Assembly: GCA_963752285.1 (NCBI GenBank) | Contig: CAVVXN010000005.1 | Span: 2,283,333 to 2,347,332 of the forward strand | Length of the DNA: 64,000 nucleotides | DNA from: an uncultured Planctomycetota bacterium | GTDB taxonomy: Bacteria; Planctomycetota; PLA2; JAEUHO01 | Direction: 5' to 3' | Shown: positions 60,041 to 64,000 of the stretch, piece by piece | Layout of the letters: every line of letters starts with the position of its first letter | Numbering within the stretch: the stretch's first letter is position 1 | Translations under genes and position numbers: made by a program | The notes under the pieces: model-generated | What the model was told of the DNA's origin: nothing | Databases searched by the model: none | What the model saw: only the letters and a program-made list of their open reading frames with translations

Positions 60041-60794
60041 GCTCCCTTGAGCACGCCGGCCGAGTGCAGCGCGGCCTCCAGGGCGTCGAGGCGCGACGGA
60101 GCGTCCGTGAGGCGCTCCTCGGGCTCGAGGCGCCCGCCGGTGCCCACGAACGGCGCGTCGTCCTGGCGGGCGACGACCTCCCGGCTCTCGCGCTTGGCCT
60201 CCTCGAGCACGGCCTTCGCGTCGCGCTTGCGCTTCTCGTTGAGGACGAGCAGGAGCCCCGTGCTGAGCGCCCAGGAGATCAGCCCCCAGGGCGAGGTGTC
60301 CTTCGGGCCCTCGACGTCGAGGCCCTGGCCCTCGGCATCGCGCCAGGCCTGCTCGGCCTTCGCGAGCCGGTCGTTGGCGGCGGTCACGCGCGCGGCGAAG
60401 TCGTCCGTCCAGGCGCGCGCACGTTCGGCGCGCTCCTTCGCCTGGGTCGCCTCCGTCGCGGCCTCGGTGGCGCGCCGGCGCGCGCGATCGAGGTCATCCT
60501 GCGTGGCCTCGCCGGCTGCAACCTGGCGCTCGAGGTCGGCGACGGACGCGGCGGCCGCCGCACGGGCGGCCTCGGCCTCGGCCGCGAGTCGGGCCGCCTC
60601 CTGGGTCCGCTCCTCGGCGGCCGCGACCTCGGCCTGGGCGGCCTCGATCTGCGGGCGACGGCGGGGTCCGGCGGCGGGACGGCGGGCTTGACCCCGACGC
60701 CGAGCTCGACCCCCTGGCATGCGGCGAGGCCGGCCAGGAGGACGACGGCGAACCCGGCGTAGCGGGAGCCCAGGGCGGCGCGGAGGGCGGTCAC
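60037..60794 (-). CDS. Lipoprotein with long coiled coil and C-terminal TM helix (u-spanin-like topology; one frameshift)
   Basis: FAVVLLAGLAAC lipobox, Pro-rich linker, Ala/Glu-rich helix, WGLISWALSTGLLLVL followed by NEKRKR. Confidence 0.65.
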
Positions 60795-61141
60795 GGCTGC
60801 CCCCCGTCGCCAAACGTGGGCGCCTCGGGCGCGGCCGGCGCGGCGGCGGGGACATCGCCCGGCCGGCAGGCCCCGCCCGGACAGGGCGCGTCCTGGGCGC
60901 CCGGGGCCGCGGTCGCGGGCGTGGCCACGGGGCCGGCTCGGCCGCCTTGCCGGTGCGGAGCCCGTACCGGCCCAGGTCGAGCCGGGCGGCGCAGCCGACG
61001 CCGTCCTCGGGGCCGGCGAAGACGCGGGCGCCGCCGCCGACACCGGGCTGCAGGTCGAGGGCGCTCGACGGGCCGGGGCCGGACTGGCAGGCAGAGAGAA
61101 GAACGAGTGCGCAGAGCGCGAGAAGAAGCCAGCGGGCGCAT
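60791..61141 (-). CDS. Small Pro/Gly-rich lipoprotein (frameshifted)
   Basis: GGAGG RBS, RWLLLALCALVLLSAC lipobox, tail ...CPGGAC...PEAPTFGDGGQP*; GTGA overlap with the next gene. Confidence 0.6.
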   Translation of the reverse strand: MRPLASSRALRTRSSLCLPVRPRPVERPRPAARCRRRRPRLRRPRGRRRLRRPARPGPVRAPHRQGGRAGPVATPATAAPGAQDAPCPGGACRPGDVPAAAPAAPEAPTFGDGGQP

Positions 61142-61307
61142 GCGAAACCTCCGGTGGGAGTTCGCGCCGCTGGAGAGGCGCTCGGTCGTGTGCGAGAGAG
61201 GATACCACCGGGGACCCCGCGGTCAGCGGGGCTGCCCAGGGTGTCCCCCGCGAGGGTACGAGGGGGGTGGGCGCTGAAACCGTAGAGGCAGCGCTTGCGG
61301 AGGCGCT

Positions 61308-61514
61308 GTGATGAACGGAACGGCCGACTGGGCAGGCGTGGAGCGAGATGTCGTCGACCGAATCCGCGCCCTCGCGGCGATCGACCGCAGCCTGGACGCT
61401 CCGCCCGACTGCAGGAGAAGTTATCCGCAGGATCTCGTGGTGCCCGCGGCACGGCTGCTCGCGGAGTTCTGCGCGTGCGTCCAGATCGAGGACGACGAGT
61501 CCGAGGCCGGCTAG
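61308..61514 (+). CDS. Possible small hypothetical protein
   Basis: GGAGG upstream; 68-aa ORF filling the gap between the tail-like gene and the lipoprotein cassette; no recognisable motif. Confidence 0.35.
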   Translation: MMNGTADWAGVERDVVDRIRALAAIDRSLDAPPDCRRSYPQDLVVPAARLLAEFCACVQIEDDESEAG

Positions 61515-61541
61515 TCCCGCGGCACATCTTCCCGCGCCGGA

Positions 61542-64000
61542 TCACTCCTTCTTGATCCACTCGTAGCCGGGCGGCGGCGGGAGCATGCCCATGAGCATCG
61601 GGTCGGGCGACCAGCCGGGAGGCATCGGGCCCGCGAGCGTGTCGTGGAGCACCGCGCCGCCAGGCTGCACGTGGTCCGCGTTGCCGGGCGTGGCGCCGTC
61701 GGTCATGTGCGAGGCCGGCAGCTGGTTCGTCCCGTCGTCGAGCTGCTGCGCGCTCTCCGGGATGAAGTCCTGCGGCACCGGGTGCGGCTCGTAGTCGCCG
61801 CCGTTCGTGCCCGTCCCCGGGCCTCCCGCGGCAGGCTGCACGTGCTCCCAGGTGTGGCCGCCGCCGTACGTGCCGGGCGCCGCGGGCGCGGGGCGGAACA
61901 GCTCCCCGTGCCGTCCTCGAACACCTCGCCGCCGGGATCCTCCAGGTCGTGCGGCACGAGGCCGAGCGCGCCCTCTGTGGCGTGCTTCTCACCGAGCACC
62001 GTGGGCGGCACCGTGCTCCCGGGCGGCAGGTCCACGGGCCCCGAGCCACCGGGCGGGAAGTAGAGCCCGCCGTCGGGCGCCACGGCACCGGGCACGCCGA
62101 TCTCGCCCGTGAGCGCGCCGTCGGCGTCCACAAGCAGGGTCTTGCCCAGCTGCTGCGCGAGGCCCTGGATCAGCGAGAGGAGGATCGGCATCCGAGCCGC
62201 CGTCGGCGACGCCGTCGGGCGCGCCGCCGAGCCCGCCGCCCTGGTCCCACGGCGTGTCCGTGAAGCCGCCCATCCCGTCGCTCCACGTGCCCGCGTCCGG
62301 GTCGTAGGTCCAGAGCGTGCCGCCCGGGTCCATGTAGGTGACGTCGCCGGTGTCGGGGTCGACGGAGAAGTCGCCGCCCTTCTGGAACTCCAGCAGGTCG
62401 AAGAGGATCTCCAGGATCTCGAAGATGATCTCGATCTCGATCTTGAGGTTCGTGGTCTTGCCGCCGCCGCTCGGGCGCGGGAACACGACGCGCTCGGCGC
62501 ACACGGGCGTGGGCGCGTCCTGCCCGATCTGCTGCCCGTGCGAGGAGAGGCAGGCCATCAGCTCTTCGAGGCGCTGCGTCGCGGTCTTCTGACGCTCGGC
62601 CCGGTGCTTGGCCATGAGCGCACGGCGCAGCGCATCGAGGTTGAAGCGCCCCGAGGCCTTCGTGCCGGCGAAGACGCGCGTGATGGTGTTCTCGACGTCC
62701 CACTCGACGGCCACGACCGAGAGCGTCACGCCGTCGAGGAACGAGAAGTCCCGCGCGCCCGTCGTGTCCACGAGCTTGAGCGTGCGCCCGAGGCCCGCCC
62801 ACTGGGTGTCGAGCACGCCCTTGATCTCGATCTGGACCTCGTAGGCGAGCTCGCCGAAGAGCCCGAGCAGGTCGTCGGCCACGGCGGTGAACGCGGTGAT
62901 CATCGCGGCGGAGCCGTCGAACTGCGGGGCGTTGAGCCCGTAGATCCGCATGACGGCCGGGTCGCCGCGCCCGGGCTTGCCGCCGCCGTTCCACTTCGCG
63001 CTGTCGGTCGCGTAGGCCGTGCCGCGGAACCCGCCTCGGGGACGCGCAGCGTCGGCACCCACGGGAGCGTGCGGTCGTAGGTCGGGACCTCGATCTTCAC
63101 GATGGCCTGCGCCGTGGCCTCGGCGTTCCCCTCCTCACAGGGGTTGGCGGGCTCGGCCGGGGGCGTCAGGTAGTTGATGAGCCCGATCGCGGGGAGATCC
63201 AGCTCGACCTCGGCGGGGCGCGAGGGGTCGTCGGGCGTCGTCGTCGTCGCCTTGGTCTGGATCTCCATGTTGCCGAGCTTCACGGAGACCTTCGCGCAGG
63301 CGTCGGGCGCGATGCCCTTGTCCGGGTCGCTCAGCGTGAAGAGCCGCCCCATGATCCGGTGGCCGTTGTCCCGGCCGCCGCCCTTCGCGTCGCCCTCGAC
63401 GTCGAACGTGTCGCCCGGGTTCGGGCCGCCCGCCTGCCACGGGCCCGTGAGCTCGAACTCCAGCGCCGTGTTGTCGTTGACGCGGTAGGCGTTGCCCGAC
63501 TCGGGGCCCGACGTGAACCGGAGCAGCCCCAGGTACCACTCGTGCGCGTCCATCTCGAAGGGCGCGTCGGGCACCATGGTCACGGGATCGCCGGCGCCAG
63601 CCGAGGAGAGCACGGCGCCCGAGTCCTTGTTCTTCCAGCTCTTGGCCTGGTCGTGCGTGCCCTCGAGCCCCGCGTCCCAGCCTGCGTCGAGGCCTCCGCC
63701 GCCGCTTTCGAGCTCGGACATGGTCGTCTCGGGGCGGTCGCCCCGGACCTCGACGGCAGTGAAGTTGTCGTCCGGGTTGACCTGGATCTCGCCGGTCACG
63801 TGCTGCGAGCCCACGTCGACCTGCGTCTCCGTGCCCGAGGTGCGGTCGTAGAAGCGCCACTTCCGCGTCGCGGGGTCGATCTTGCAGGCGAACTTCGTGA
63901 ACGAGAGCAGCGTCTCGATGCCGGCGTAGACGTCCTGGCTCGCGGACATGCCCGGCACCTTGGTGGTGATCAGGTCCAGGTCCGCCTGCTCGTAGGGCGC
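61542..64000 (-). CDS. Large phage tail/baseplate-hub-like structural protein (5' end outside window; at least 3 frameshifts)
   Basis: Track ORFs 62900-63958, 61989-63062, 61703-62191 and 61542-61841 join into one acidic Gly/Thr/Asp-rich protein with IDPATRKWRFYDR, DNFTAVEVRG, LRFTSGPESG...GDTFDV and LSVVAVEWD. Confidence 0.6.

Larger units (their letters stand above)
53310..64000. mobile_element. tRNA-Asp-integrated element, probable prophage (left part; continues beyond the window)
   Basis: Integrase directly after the tRNA 3' end, compositionally distinct defence cargo, then lysis-like and tail-like genes. Confidence 0.75.

Noticed and set aside
53310..64000. Second att repeat, retron or diversity-generating retroelement inside the element
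   Set aside because: No second copy of the tRNA 3' end, no reverse transcriptase motifs and no template/variable repeat pair were seen within the window.

Overview
High-GC bacterial chromosome segment. A GreA with a long N-terminal extension, a secreted HEAT-repeat protein, ECF sigma factors and an EF-hand protein suggest a PVC/Planctomycetota-like organism (inference only). Positions 1-53.2 kb are host genes: a leucine/methylcrotonyl-CoA (liu) operon, a CoA ligase, a Cys-less thiolase-fold/DUF35 pair, beta-oxidation-like genes, GNATs, a DEGS1-like desaturase, ABC-F, an HD-GYP gene pair, a hybrid histidine kinase, kynA, moaA, greA, rluB, rsmD, pdxJ, dapA, hsp20-clpB, ugd, tRNA-Arg(CCG) and tRNA-Asp(GTC). 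Directly after tRNA-Asp an integrated element, probably a prophage, begins and runs off the window end. It carries a tyrosine integrase, a lower-GC defence cargo (m6A methyltransferase, PLD-family nuclease, GHKL ATPase-PD-(D/E)xK nuclease fusion), a three-gene envelope/lysis-like cassette and a large tail-like protein. One cassette gene has unimolecular-spanin topology but a coiled-coil body. Nearly every gene in the element is frameshifted, so those proteins were reconstructed by hand across frames. All calls come from motif recognition by eye; no database searches were run.
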